From a virus (lineage: Duplodnaviria; Caudoviricetes), in IMG/VR virus record IMGVR_UViG_3300020049_010034, positions 32,914-96,913 of that record: DNA of 64,000 nt; one strand, given 5' to 3'. The notes beneath the pieces are model-generated. The model saw only the letters and a list, made by a program, of their open reading frames with translations. It ran no database searches and had not been told where the DNA came from. The translations under genes were made by a program, and so were the position numbers. The stretch's first letter is position 1, and every line of letters starts with the position of its first letter. Positions 56,801-63,586 of the stretch are shown here, in pieces.

Positions 56801-56864
56801 CTAAGATGTTTTCGTAGGAAGCTGCTTCGACATTTGGGATATTTGGAATCGACGGTGTAGCCAT
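50865..56864 (-). CDS. giant baseplate J/gp6-like wedge protein (1999 aa)
   Basis: AVGEALQRIAFDQGL..AQAAFGTVTF, VPVLCAEVGSIGNV..GTI, N...FTTGKDPETDEQLRIRI, GTANAI; C-terminal INSNPIGQPIAISNIV..V..ISGV. Confidence 0.9.
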   Translation of the reverse strand: MATPSIPNIPNVEAASYENILGALIAAYVQKTNINDLTVGSISLSLLEAVALSVARSSGDIFQIERDLSVDRAVGEALQRIAFDQGLQPIPAQAAFGTVTFIDTTFEKVSAKIYAGTNAPVIGTNVLNISTATGFTVSGSVIVGRGTPNVEQLSYSSITNNGSYFTLNLTSPTTQYHNINETVILSQGGARSIPVNTVVSVPALGINPQVNFNTTTSAVILDGETEVQNVPVLCAEVGSIGNVSIGTISQLSVPPFSGATVSNPLPFTTGKDPETDEQLRIRIKRARLSTGLGTANAITASVIGAAPKDEPKTVQSSSLGVNQNNDTILYVDDGSGYEPKTQGVGVEPIVDNAFGGETNFQLQTGGNQANVAKAFLLSVNQTPLDVIGGDVLAITVGNTTTQHQFQASDFISQGAVSAYEVSASINNNPTLNWEASTEGGGAFVRIQAKTNVNENIQVATPQGGRDAALQLQLPSSKEQTLRLYKNKQLLSKDGEVALIRSQNQSQWDPSIATGDTLIISVDNTGFNTYTFTDADFIAEGTYPTVASTNSLQSWVNVINAKVTGVTAQVDGDQISLVSNRGRSDQASLDISTTSTLVVKAMFTQAEGLSALGQTSDYTFSPNTAQIRLDSPLLAGDELSAGLEETEARLASDLFNSPNVTILSDTFLWVLADDKSYVRRNLGTTSGSTLTVSLIGNEVTYTSSVANAFASVQAGDYVVIHGSVTGSISGSNQGNFLEGRIQAKTNNSFTLLVTATEASNITPETVPFAGGLDIFGCDKTPQKLFVDAGVKTLNQIAAELTLQTESLVFGTIDNNQLFMQTRTRDSTGSVVITVATAEALILQLPLYQIDESKPSQVAFYESGYIEGQFPSFVNLIAQADSEGNPYAEPILNPLSNITATIPSTEDPNKTIVSIEPLTQSLPLAADTTDQDSAQKDEVAEITVVNPTDFDLKPNRFYRRIRNAIDRVSLREPLSISADDNLNVILNKDSANQLFSFNLFRRLLTSSTFGVNTTQFNALDQDNGSPPKPFGFAALPQDDGFFTTFDFENFAILMQAKKSVLGDVAGNETALLIRSNEWGRSGERVRYGYFYPEAPNQALTFAVEQNDLTNVKIFLQSGVARTPSIQASTLWDVSVSVGVVDDVTYTWDGISPDPSPTLATLVIGDYVNVSTQSGFDPANQGVFKVKSFTATSFTVERPTGVAVAELGAPTGVVNGILFYAYTNTTAADVQTFITSSNLSNLITATLVDDGGTTGAGTIELSTAQLNAFAFDYDDLLDGINWIQTYDPLFVGPNFTLKLPLQLASDTGYEFQDGEECRIVPTTIAQLVRFLNVPAVASLSLAGTIDVADRAGRLQFATNLVGSDGAIQIVGGPGNTLQAVVNASASLIYTPLTASFDGYSQIFVSEPSLVGLISDQYLKVQAATAQAKETTFDSAGTVEIDSNQPSAGLSTFTVNTNLIGQRYFGTPKNFTRTEGRIFKVEKQGLFTAISWNQVGTPPDFQKQLEINAAAGNYSIVDTGGGIAQLTILSGNTNFKEVSIGDLLVLNGTSDNDGGFLVTGVSPNGTQIQYLNSNVVAEAGAALSSFFEAYGQVQEGDTVILKSPFNILNQGTFRVIRATQNEFWIDNPQSVDETIEDSLNSIAIGYNGSTVFDLVKANGEMTLEIASGAGSLEDIRAGDIITFAGFPFLGNNVGSFMVKGIDLTTEIITFVNCTGATATGVTGVAGGDLQVHRPSLVFYDYEATVPNDKLLITSNFLGSANQAQWTISEVLSENQVIISGVMTDTVAPVPLGLNQPNVLVMEQTPYVGYKKIRQKYTDPNSNGNGIIVFDSYQQYKKISSQAQTTISPMNKLEFSTQVNVGLDAYSYYEGLIGESNRIVYGSAQDPATYPGVAAAGAEIYIREPLVRRIQVGIEVRIATGVPFLQIVQQVRQNVAALINSNPIGQPIAISNIVSVVDVISGVKAVAISSPLYSPLNDTINIGPAEKAKILNPVTDILVSEIVS

Positions 56865-56881
56865 GTTACCTCTAAAGATTG

Positions 56882-59515
56882 TCAGTTAAGCAAAAAACTA
56901 ATCGGGAAGACCCCTTGATTTCCTGCCAAGGTTACCGACATCGCTATAAATATAGTATTACCTCGGATGTCAACCTGTAATTTTGAAAGATCTTGGAACC
57001 TTGGATCCGCTAAAACCGTCGATCTGATCTGATTTGCGATCTCGGTGGCCGACACGTCGGCATTTGAGGTTCCAACTTGAACCCCTGCACCAAACGTCGG
57101 GTGTTTAATTAGAGAACCTTTTTGGGTGATCAGCTTGATCTTGAGTGTTTGAATCAGGTTCTGTAAGCCGAAAGCTAAACGGAAATCCCCCTGCGGATCG
57201 ATCACGATATCGTAAGCGTCATCCAGTAAAAGGTCTACACCAGACACCTTGGACAAAGGATCCGCCTCGGCGGCTGGGATTGGCCTGATCGCTAGATCGG
57301 GTGGGGATGGTAAATTTGACGGGATGAAAATAACATTCTGGGAGTTTACAGTCCCAGCCAGATATGCTTTAATGTAAGCCTGATTGGAAAGGCCGTAAGC
57401 GTCAAGATCCGCCGCACCATCCACGGTGATTAGATAGTTGTTGGCTGCGATCTGCTCGATATCTAGGATGGTTCTAACTTGTCTTGGCAAACCTGTGGCC
57501 AAAATGGTAATGCGCTGTCCGATATACAGGTTTTCGTTTGAGTCAATGTTAAACTGTCTGCCGATCGCTGATGAAAGGAAATCATACTCAAAGCCTGTTT
57601 CATCGATGTAGGGTGATTTTAAAGCGTTCAGAGTCACAATCTCATTGTAGCGATCGGGATCTCCCAAGTAACGGCCTGATATCTGCTCGATCGTAAGTCC
57701 GAACGGTACGGGGGCTCTGATCATCGAGATTTGGTTGTTGAACGGAACTCCATTCCTAATAGCTAAAGACTGGACAAAATCAACTGCCGATATCTGATTA
57801 TCTCGGTCAAGCTGATCAGTTGCCGTCAAAGCGTATAAAGACTGAATACTGTTATACAAACTTTGCAGAATTAAAAACTCATCGATAGTAGTTGCATAGC
57901 CGCGATTAAACTTCGGCGGCTTGTTAAAAGTGGTGTTGTATTGATCGTTCCCAGCGTTAAACAGATTCCCCAATTGAAAACGTAAGGTCTCGATTTGATT
58001 GATAATTTGTTGAATTTCGTCAACTGTAAGTAACGAAACCGAGTCAAAGTAATCGTTGATCTGCTGGCTATTGGACTGATTAAGTTGTAAATCCTCGACC
58101 GTAATCTGATCGAATATCTCTGGTGACTGGTTTGGATTTGAAAGGATCAGGTCAGCGCCACTGGTTTGGAAAGAGCTTGCGGCTTGGGTTCCGATCTGGC
58201 CGTCGACAACCGATAAGGCCGACAAGCCTTCGGTTTTTAAAGCAAAACTCTTAAGAGCGTTCGTTTTAACTTGATTCGACTGGCTTTGGACTAAAGGCGT
58301 GGTTGGTTGCTGACTAAGCCTTGCAAAAGCATCTGAAACTTGATATTTGTAGTTCTGGCTGATCGCTAGAGGTAGATCGGCGATAGCAACTGGCAAACCT
58401 TGTGCAAGTTTTAAGAATGTGGCCACCTCACCGATTGCGTTAAATATCGAGGTGACATCGGAATTGACCACCCTGATCACATTATAAACTGAAGCAAGCG
58501 TCCTGCGAGCTTCGGTGATAGCGTTCAAAGCTTGCCTGATGACATTCGTATTTGGGGATATCGAAAGCGGGAATATGTCTCCAGCTTGTTCATTGCTATT
58601 TAAAACGATCCGCTTCCAAGCCTTTAACTGTAAATTAAACTTATACTCATTTGGGGAATCAGCGCCTTGGAAATATGCAAACTGAATTGGCGAAACTAAA
58701 AAGGTCTGGTTTTGTTTCGGGATGTCTAAAGCAAGTCTTAGATCCTCGCCTTCAAAACGCTTCTTAAGCTCTGCATACTGTTCTAGGAACTGGTCTAGTA
58801 ATAAAGCCTGAGCGTAACCCGTTCCAGCCTGCTGCCCTTCTCCATCGTTTATGCTTGGGGCTGGGGTTGCTGATTCGGGGTGACTTGAAGTCGCCGCATT
58901 AACCGTTCTTCGAACTTGATTTAAAGTCTGATTAACCGCCGAGATCGTTCCACCAAACAACGTATTAACTGCGCTAGACAATCCTGAACTCTGTCCTAAG
59001 CTTGCGTTGGTGTTTGGTCTGAAAGGCCATACCCCAAAACTTCCCTGAGCAGAAATGATCTTGTATTTAATCCCGTTGTGTTCTTCGATGATTCCTGTCA
59101 TTGTCGGGATGTTGTTTGTGGTGAAAACGGTTGATATTGAAAGCTGTTGCGGTGTGATCGGTAATGTGTAAACCCATCTACGATCTGTAAAGTCGAAAGT
59201 CATCCGCCATGAGCCAAATAGTCCTGAGACCTTTGAATCGTTGTCGGTTGTAGTTATCGTAGTTTGTGGTGTTGTGGATCCGTTTGAGAAAATTGAATAG
59301 GAACCTGATTGACGGTCTCGTCTTAGAACCAGCAATCGATAAGGATAAACCCGATCGAATCTCTCGCCTTCTATTGTGATCGGTTTATAAAAGCTATTGA
59401 CATCAAAATTATCCTGCCAAGGGGTGGATACGCCTGTGGTAGCCGAACCTCCTCCAAAACTTGGAGTCTCCAGCACATTTCCAATCGAACCAAGGTCAGG
59501 TAATAAAGCACCCAT
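56882..59515 (-). CDS. multidomain baseplate protein (tube-initiator-like + gpX/LysM-like + gp25/gpW-like)
   Basis: YTLPITPQQLSI...I...GSFG; TIEQISGRYLGDPDRYNEIVTLNAL; GLQNLIQTL...T.KGSL..HPTFGAG...ADPRF. Confidence 0.75.
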   Translation of the reverse strand: MGALLPDLGSIGNVLETPSFGGGSATTGVSTPWQDNFDVNSFYKPITIEGERFDRVYPYRLLVLRRDRQSGSYSIFSNGSTTPQTTITTTDNDSKVSGLFGSWRMTFDFTDRRWVYTLPITPQQLSISTVFTTNNIPTMTGIIEEHNGIKYKIISAQGSFGVWPFRPNTNASLGQSSGLSSAVNTLFGGTISAVNQTLNQVRRTVNAATSSHPESATPAPSINDGEGQQAGTGYAQALLLDQFLEQYAELKKRFEGEDLRLALDIPKQNQTFLVSPIQFAYFQGADSPNEYKFNLQLKAWKRIVLNSNEQAGDIFPLSISPNTNVIRQALNAITEARRTLASVYNVIRVVNSDVTSIFNAIGEVATFLKLAQGLPVAIADLPLAISQNYKYQVSDAFARLSQQPTTPLVQSQSNQVKTNALKSFALKTEGLSALSVVDGQIGTQAASSFQTSGADLILSNPNQSPEIFDQITVEDLQLNQSNSQQINDYFDSVSLLTVDEIQQIINQIETLRFQLGNLFNAGNDQYNTTFNKPPKFNRGYATTIDEFLILQSLYNSIQSLYALTATDQLDRDNQISAVDFVQSLAIRNGVPFNNQISMIRAPVPFGLTIEQISGRYLGDPDRYNEIVTLNALKSPYIDETGFEYDFLSSAIGRQFNIDSNENLYIGQRITILATGLPRQVRTILDIEQIAANNYLITVDGAADLDAYGLSNQAYIKAYLAGTVNSQNVIFIPSNLPSPPDLAIRPIPAAEADPLSKVSGVDLLLDDAYDIVIDPQGDFRLAFGLQNLIQTLKIKLITQKGSLIKHPTFGAGVQVGTSNADVSATEIANQIRSTVLADPRFQDLSKLQVDIRGNTIFIAMSVTLAGNQGVFPISFLLN

Positions 59516-59546
59516 ATTCTAATAAGATTGCTTACCCTTTATAATG

Positions 59547-59960
59547 TCAAAGATCATCTAGGTCTGAAGGAGTTAAGGTCTCTAGCCCCTCACCTGCGTT
59601 ATCAATCGCCCCTTCGTCCTCAAATTTCGTAACCTTGGACTTAGGTAGCTTACTAGATTGCTTTTTAAGGTTATTTTGCTCCAAAGACTTGATCAGATCG
59701 TATAAAGCTTGCTCTCCCTGTCTAAATCCGTCTGGATCCGCTATACGGTACATAAGCTCGTCTAGCTTCTCTTCATCAGACCTGTTATACATATCCTCTA
59801 GGAAATGGAGTAGAACGTAATCTGGGGCGTATTCTTCAACTTGCTTAAGCGGCGTATTAAATCTTTGCGAGAACTCTCGACAGATATACCGATGGAAAGC
59901 TTCCATGTCGGGGTTTAAAACCCCTGCAACCGCTATGGCCTGAATCTTATCGAAGTTCAT
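59547..59960 (-). CDS. putative tail assembly chaperone (second subunit)
   Basis: Acidic, R.ICR.FS..F.TPL..V pattern; position after 59947..60399. Confidence 0.5.
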   Translation of the reverse strand: MNFDKIQAIAVAGVLNPDMEAFHRYICREFSQRFNTPLKQVEEYAPDYVLLHFLEDMYNRSDEEKLDELMYRIADPDGFRQGEQALYDLIKSLEQNNLKKQSSKLPKSKVTKFEDEGAIDNAGEGLETLTPSDLDDL

Positions 59961-60399
59961 CGTTTATCTTGTTCTCTTCCGAACGCTTCTCTAAAACGGT
60001 CTTTAAGCGTTTGGTAGCTTCTAGCTGTTTTTCGGTCAAGATGGTCATATATTTCTCTTGCGCTAGGATTGCTGCTTGGAAAACGGTCTCAAGTACGATC
60101 GAATCCTTGATGTGAGACCCATGGAACTGGGTGCTTTCATGATACCAAAACGGTGGGGCTTGTATAACTCTTTGTTTTAATTGGGTTATAATGTAAGCTA
60201 AGTTTTTAATCTTGGTTGGAGCATCGTTTGGATTGTCACCCAGTAACTGCCTATAATCCTTATCCGCTTGGATTTCCTGCATCGGCGTTAGGTTTAAGCG
60301 AAACTGGAAGGTTCCCTTGTAAGAACCTCCGATCTCTCCCAAAACATCTAATTCAAACGTAGCTTCATGATTTTTAATCGAAATATCCGCTTCAGTCAT
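59947..60399 (-). CDS. putative tail assembly chaperone
   Basis: Y.GTF.F..L...QEI..D...R.L.G...L..R.I.AP.FW pattern; extended -10 TGaTACAAT 6 nt before the ATG. Confidence 0.55.
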   Translation of the reverse strand: MTEADISIKNHEATFELDVLGEIGGSYKGTFQFRLNLTPMQEIQADKDYRQLLGDNPNDAPTKIKNLAYIITQLKQRVIQAPPFWYHESTQFHGSHIKDSIVLETVFQAAILAQEKYMTILTEKQLEATKRLKTVLEKRSEENKINDELR

Positions 60400-60444
60400 A
60401 AAGGTATTGTATCACGCTTTCTTGGATAGTAATCTTGAGTATGT

Positions 60445-60798
60445 ATGCCTGATATGTCTCCTCAAATGACTGCTGTTGTTGTTGGTTTAATCGGCTCCGT
60501 TTTGGGGATTGTCGTTGCGTCCTTTAAGATGCGTTCTGATTTTTTTAAAGAAGTGAAAGACTTTTATGACCGTGAACTTGGATCCGTTCGAAAAGACGTT
60601 CAGGATATGCACACCAACTTGATCATGACTGAGTCTCGTATGGAAAAGAAACTTGAACGAGACTTAGCCGCCGTGAAAGAAAGTCAAGAATCTGAAATGC
60701 GGAACTTACGCCGAACAATTGAAGAGCTGCGATCTGAGGTTCGGAACTCTCACTCTAAACTGATTGATCTTTTGTCAACTATTGTGCAGAAGAACTAA
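60445..60798 (+). CDS. single-TM coiled-coil protein (holin candidate)
   Basis: N-terminal TM then coiled coil; near the lysis genes; AATCTT motif upstream. Confidence 0.55.
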   Translation: MPDMSPQMTAVVVGLIGSVLGIVVASFKMRSDFFKEVKDFYDRELGSVRKDVQDMHTNLIMTESRMEKKLERDLAAVKESQESEMRNLRRTIEELRSEVRNSHSKLIDLLSTIVQKN

Positions 60799-60955
60799 CC
60801 CTAGCAAATCTTGCTGGAACTAACTTAAAAACATTCTTATCTTTTACCGTGTAAAAAATCTGATGCTCACCCTTGTAGTATCCATGGCTGATTCCTTCGA
60901 TCTTGTGAATTGATCCTTTGGGTAGATTCTTAAAAGTTTTTAACAATTCGATCAT
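60779..60955 (-). CDS. hypothetical protein (58 aa)
   Basis: Below the ORF-track cutoff: MIELLKTFKNLPKGSIHKIEGISHGYYKGE...; GCAATCTTT motif just upstream. Confidence 0.55.
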   Translation of the reverse strand: MIELLKTFKNLPKGSIHKIEGISHGYYKGEHQIFYTVKDKNVFKLVPARFARVSSSAQ

Positions 60956-61499
60956 GTTTTTAAAGATTGCTTCAAAAACGCGTTGTGTTTTTTCATATCA
61001 ACGACGCTCGTTTAAAAATAAATATTTGGGATATAGAGTATTGATTTTATTGATGTTTCTATACTTAAACTAAAATCGTTTAAAAAAGTGCTACTTATTA
61101 GTTCAGAGCTTGGTTGAAAATAATTTTTGAAAATATTGATTATTTTATTCTTTAATAATATTCGCTATTTAACTTCGTTTTCTTCCCCTTCCCCTAACCC
61201 CGTAAGGGGTTTCACTTTCGCGTAGCGAAAGAAGATATGATACAATCATTATTGTCCGGGCTTTGGAACTCTTTGATTTCTTTTTTAGGAAGCAAAGAGA
61301 GGAAAGCATGGCGAGCGTAGCGGTATTCAGTTAAAGCGGGCGAGTCATTAAAGGAACGAAAAATAAAAAAAGAGATCTGATCATAATCAGATTTCAAATG
61401 AATTAAGATTTTTTCCGTTTAAGGCATAGTCTAACCTTTTTTAATTGTTAAGGAGCTTTAACAATTGTTAGCAATCTCAAATTAGAATCTTTGTAACTT

Positions 61500-61757
61500 A
61501 TGAATAAATTATTTTGGCTTCCTGTCGTAATCTTAGCCCCTCTTTTTCTTCTTGCCCTTCTAAATTCTAACGCACGTTCAAGGGCGGTTAAACTAATGTC
61601 GTTGTTGATCGATAAAGCTAAAGGTCGTGATGTGGAACTTAAGCAAGAGATTTCAAACCTAGTTAACGAGGCTAAAGATCAAACCGATCTAGCCAAGGCT
61701 CTTGAGAAGAAACGTCTGGAGACCGAAATCGATGAAAACTGGCATAAAAAACTTTAA
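61500..61757 (+). CDS. membrane-anchored coiled-coil protein (spanin-like)
   Basis: N-terminal TM plus coiled coil; first gene of the lysis operon. Confidence 0.55.
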   Translation: MNKLFWLPVVILAPLFLLALLNSNARSRAVKLMSLLIDKAKGRDVELKQEISNLVNEAKDQTDLAKALEKKRLETEIDENWHKKL

Positions 61758-62136
61758 ATCCTTTGTAGCCTTCTTCCTAGCTATTAGCATCGGCCTCCAG
61801 TCAATCGCTATGGGGTGTAATTTCGATTCTATTCGAAAAGTTGATGGTGGCTACCTGTATCCCGTAGAATGCCATCTGGCGGCTGGTAAAGCGTTTTCAG
61901 ACGTGTCCTCAATGACCAAAGAGATCGAGGCCATGAAAAAAGCCATTACTTTACAGGATCTAGCCCTATCAACGGCAAATAAACGTGCCGATATGTGGAT
62001 GGAAACCTCCCTTAAAACCCAAGAAGCCCTTGCAAGCTATGAGAAGTACAGGGATTTTGACGGTTGGGTCAAGTTTGGTCTAGGCTTTGGAGTAGCTTTT
62101 TTGTCGGTTATAGCGGCCTCCCAACTTAAAAAATAA
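61732..62136 (+). CDS. exported coiled-coil protein with C-terminal TM (spanin candidate)
   Basis: Signal ending IAMG-C, coiled coil, C-terminal FGLGFGVAFLSVIAA-KK. Confidence 0.55.
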   Translation: MKTGIKNFKSFVAFFLAISIGLQSIAMGCNFDSIRKVDGGYLYPVECHLAAGKAFSDVSSMTKEIEAMKKAITLQDLALSTANKRADMWMETSLKTQEALASYEKYRDFDGWVKFGLGFGVAFLSVIAASQLKK

Positions 62137-62173
62137 CTTGTGGCTTGGCTCGAAGGATGATAATCTAAGAGAG

Positions 62174-62611
62174 ATGTCACCTTTAACGGCAATTATCTTT
62201 GCAGCCAAGAAGGTGGGTGTTAACGTAGCTGTTCTTTTATCGATCTGTTCGGTGGAGACTGGTTTAAAAAACATTCACAACTATAACGACGGTCATTCTC
62301 ACTCATTCGGGGTGTGTCAGGTTAAGGTATCTACTGCCCAATGGCTTGGAAGAACTACTAAGTATACCCAGCTAAAAGACTACAACTCAAAAGACCTCTC
62401 CCAGATCGACAAGAATGCCTTTGCAGCGGCTATTTACCTAAAGTACCAATACGACCGCTACGGTAGTTATCGCAAGGCTGTGTCGGCCTATAACGCGGGT
62501 AGGGCTATCGGCGGAAACAAAGGGTATGTTGGCAAAGTTTATACGGATATCAATAAAAGAAAAGGATCCGTTTCAGAATGTGATACTATTTGTTTAAAGG
62601 AGATTTTATGA
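62174..62611 (+). CDS. lytic transglycosylase (SLT) endolysin
   Basis: LLSICSVETG (catalytic Glu), SFGVCQV, AAAIYL...YG...AVSAYNAG. Confidence 0.9.
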   Translation: MSPLTAIIFAAKKVGVNVAVLLSICSVETGLKNIHNYNDGHSHSFGVCQVKVSTAQWLGRTTKYTQLKDYNSKDLSQIDKNAFAAAIYLKYQYDRYGSYRKAVSAYNAGRAIGGNKGYVGKVYTDINKRKGSVSECDTICLKEIL

Positions 62612-63018
62612 AAGCCAAGGTTAAATTATTTCAGCTGTTAAATCCAGCTATTGCAGATGCGGTAAACGAGCTTGCGAAAGCCGAGTTACCAGCACAGGTT
62701 TGGTATACAGCACACGATTTTTTATTGAAGTTCAATGAAGAGGGTGCTAAAAAGCAAAAGTTCCAAAAAGAGCTTTTGGAACGACACGCTAAGAAAAACG
62801 AAAAAGGCGAAGTCGAATACGAAATTGACGAGAAGAACCCTACCATTGCAAGCTACAAGTTTGAAAACACTGAAGCCCAAGGGAAATTCATGGGCGAGCT
62901 TAACGACTATCTATCTGTAGAGGCAGAAGTGGATCAAATCCCATCTGAAGTCTTGAAAGATGTTAAAATCAAAGGCGAAATCTTATTGCCATTGATGGGG
63001 ATTCTGATTTCTAAATAG
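62608..63018 (+). CDS. hypothetical protein (DUF1617-like)
   Basis: AAGGAG SD; LLERHAKKNEKGE...F..EL...L..E pattern. Confidence 0.65.
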   Translation: MKAKVKLFQLLNPAIADAVNELAKAELPAQVWYTAHDFLLKFNEEGAKKQKFQKELLERHAKKNEKGEVEYEIDEKNPTIASYKFENTEAQGKFMGELNDYLSVEAEVDQIPSEVLKDVKIKGEILLPLMGILISK

Positions 63019-63046
63019 ATTTTATAAGATTGGTCTTAATAATTTT

Positions 63047-63081
63047 AAAACCATCGTTCTTTTGTAGGAACGATGGTTTTT
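63047..63081. terminator. bidirectional rho-independent terminator
   Basis: AAAACCATCGTTCTT-TTGT-AGGAACGATGGTTTTT between convergent genes. Confidence 0.85.
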
Positions 63082-63085
63082 CTTT

Positions 63086-63361
63086 TTAAAGACCTTCGGT
63101 TATTTCGCAAGAGCACTGGCACTTATAAAGTCCATCCATGACTATGGCGCTTTTATAAGAGGAATTGGAAGTCGCACACCCACAATTAAATCCAAATGGA
63201 TACGGAAAGCAGTTAGCCATCATAGCGTTTGCGTCTCTCGGACAAACACCGATGTATTTCTCTTTGCAAACTCTGTCAGCCATGAGCCTTCTTTTGACAC
63301 TACAAAGGTCAAGAGCTAGGGACTCACTGTAGAGTAGAGTTAGCAGAGCTAAATATTTCAT
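63086..63361 (-). CDS. small exported Cys-rich protein
   Basis: Signal peptide MKYLALLTLLYSESLA; nine Cys in the mature part. Confidence 0.65.
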   Translation of the reverse strand: MKYLALLTLLYSESLALDLCSVKRRLMADRVCKEKYIGVCPRDANAMMANCFPYPFGFNCGCATSNSSYKSAIVMDGLYKCQCSCEITEGL

Positions 63362-63370
63362 TTTTTATAT

Positions 63371-63571
63371 CTAGTTACCAGAGCTGTTTGAAACAGAACC
63401 TTTTCTGGCTGCCATTAATGCCGCATCTAAAATGTCTAGCATTTTACCTTCCCAATCCTTAATATGTTTACCGTTTAGGTATTCGTGTGGATCACCCCAA
63501 TGTTCCACTTTATTTTTTAAGGCTTCAATTTCTAATTTCATCGCGTCAATTTGTAATTGCATCTCTTCCAT
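63371..63571 (-). CDS. hypothetical protein
   Basis: AAGGAG SD. Confidence 0.6.
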   Translation of the reverse strand: MEEMQLQIDAMKLEIEALKNKVEHWGDPHEYLNGKHIKDWEGKMLDILDAALMAARKGSVSNSSGN

Positions 63572-63586
63572 ATTTTTCTCCTTAGT

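Noticed and set aside
59947-59975. Programmed frameshift joining the two tail chaperone ORFs
   Set aside because: No X XXY YYZ slippery site. The second ORF is in the +1 frame with a stop two codons before its own ATG, so independent initiation is simpler.
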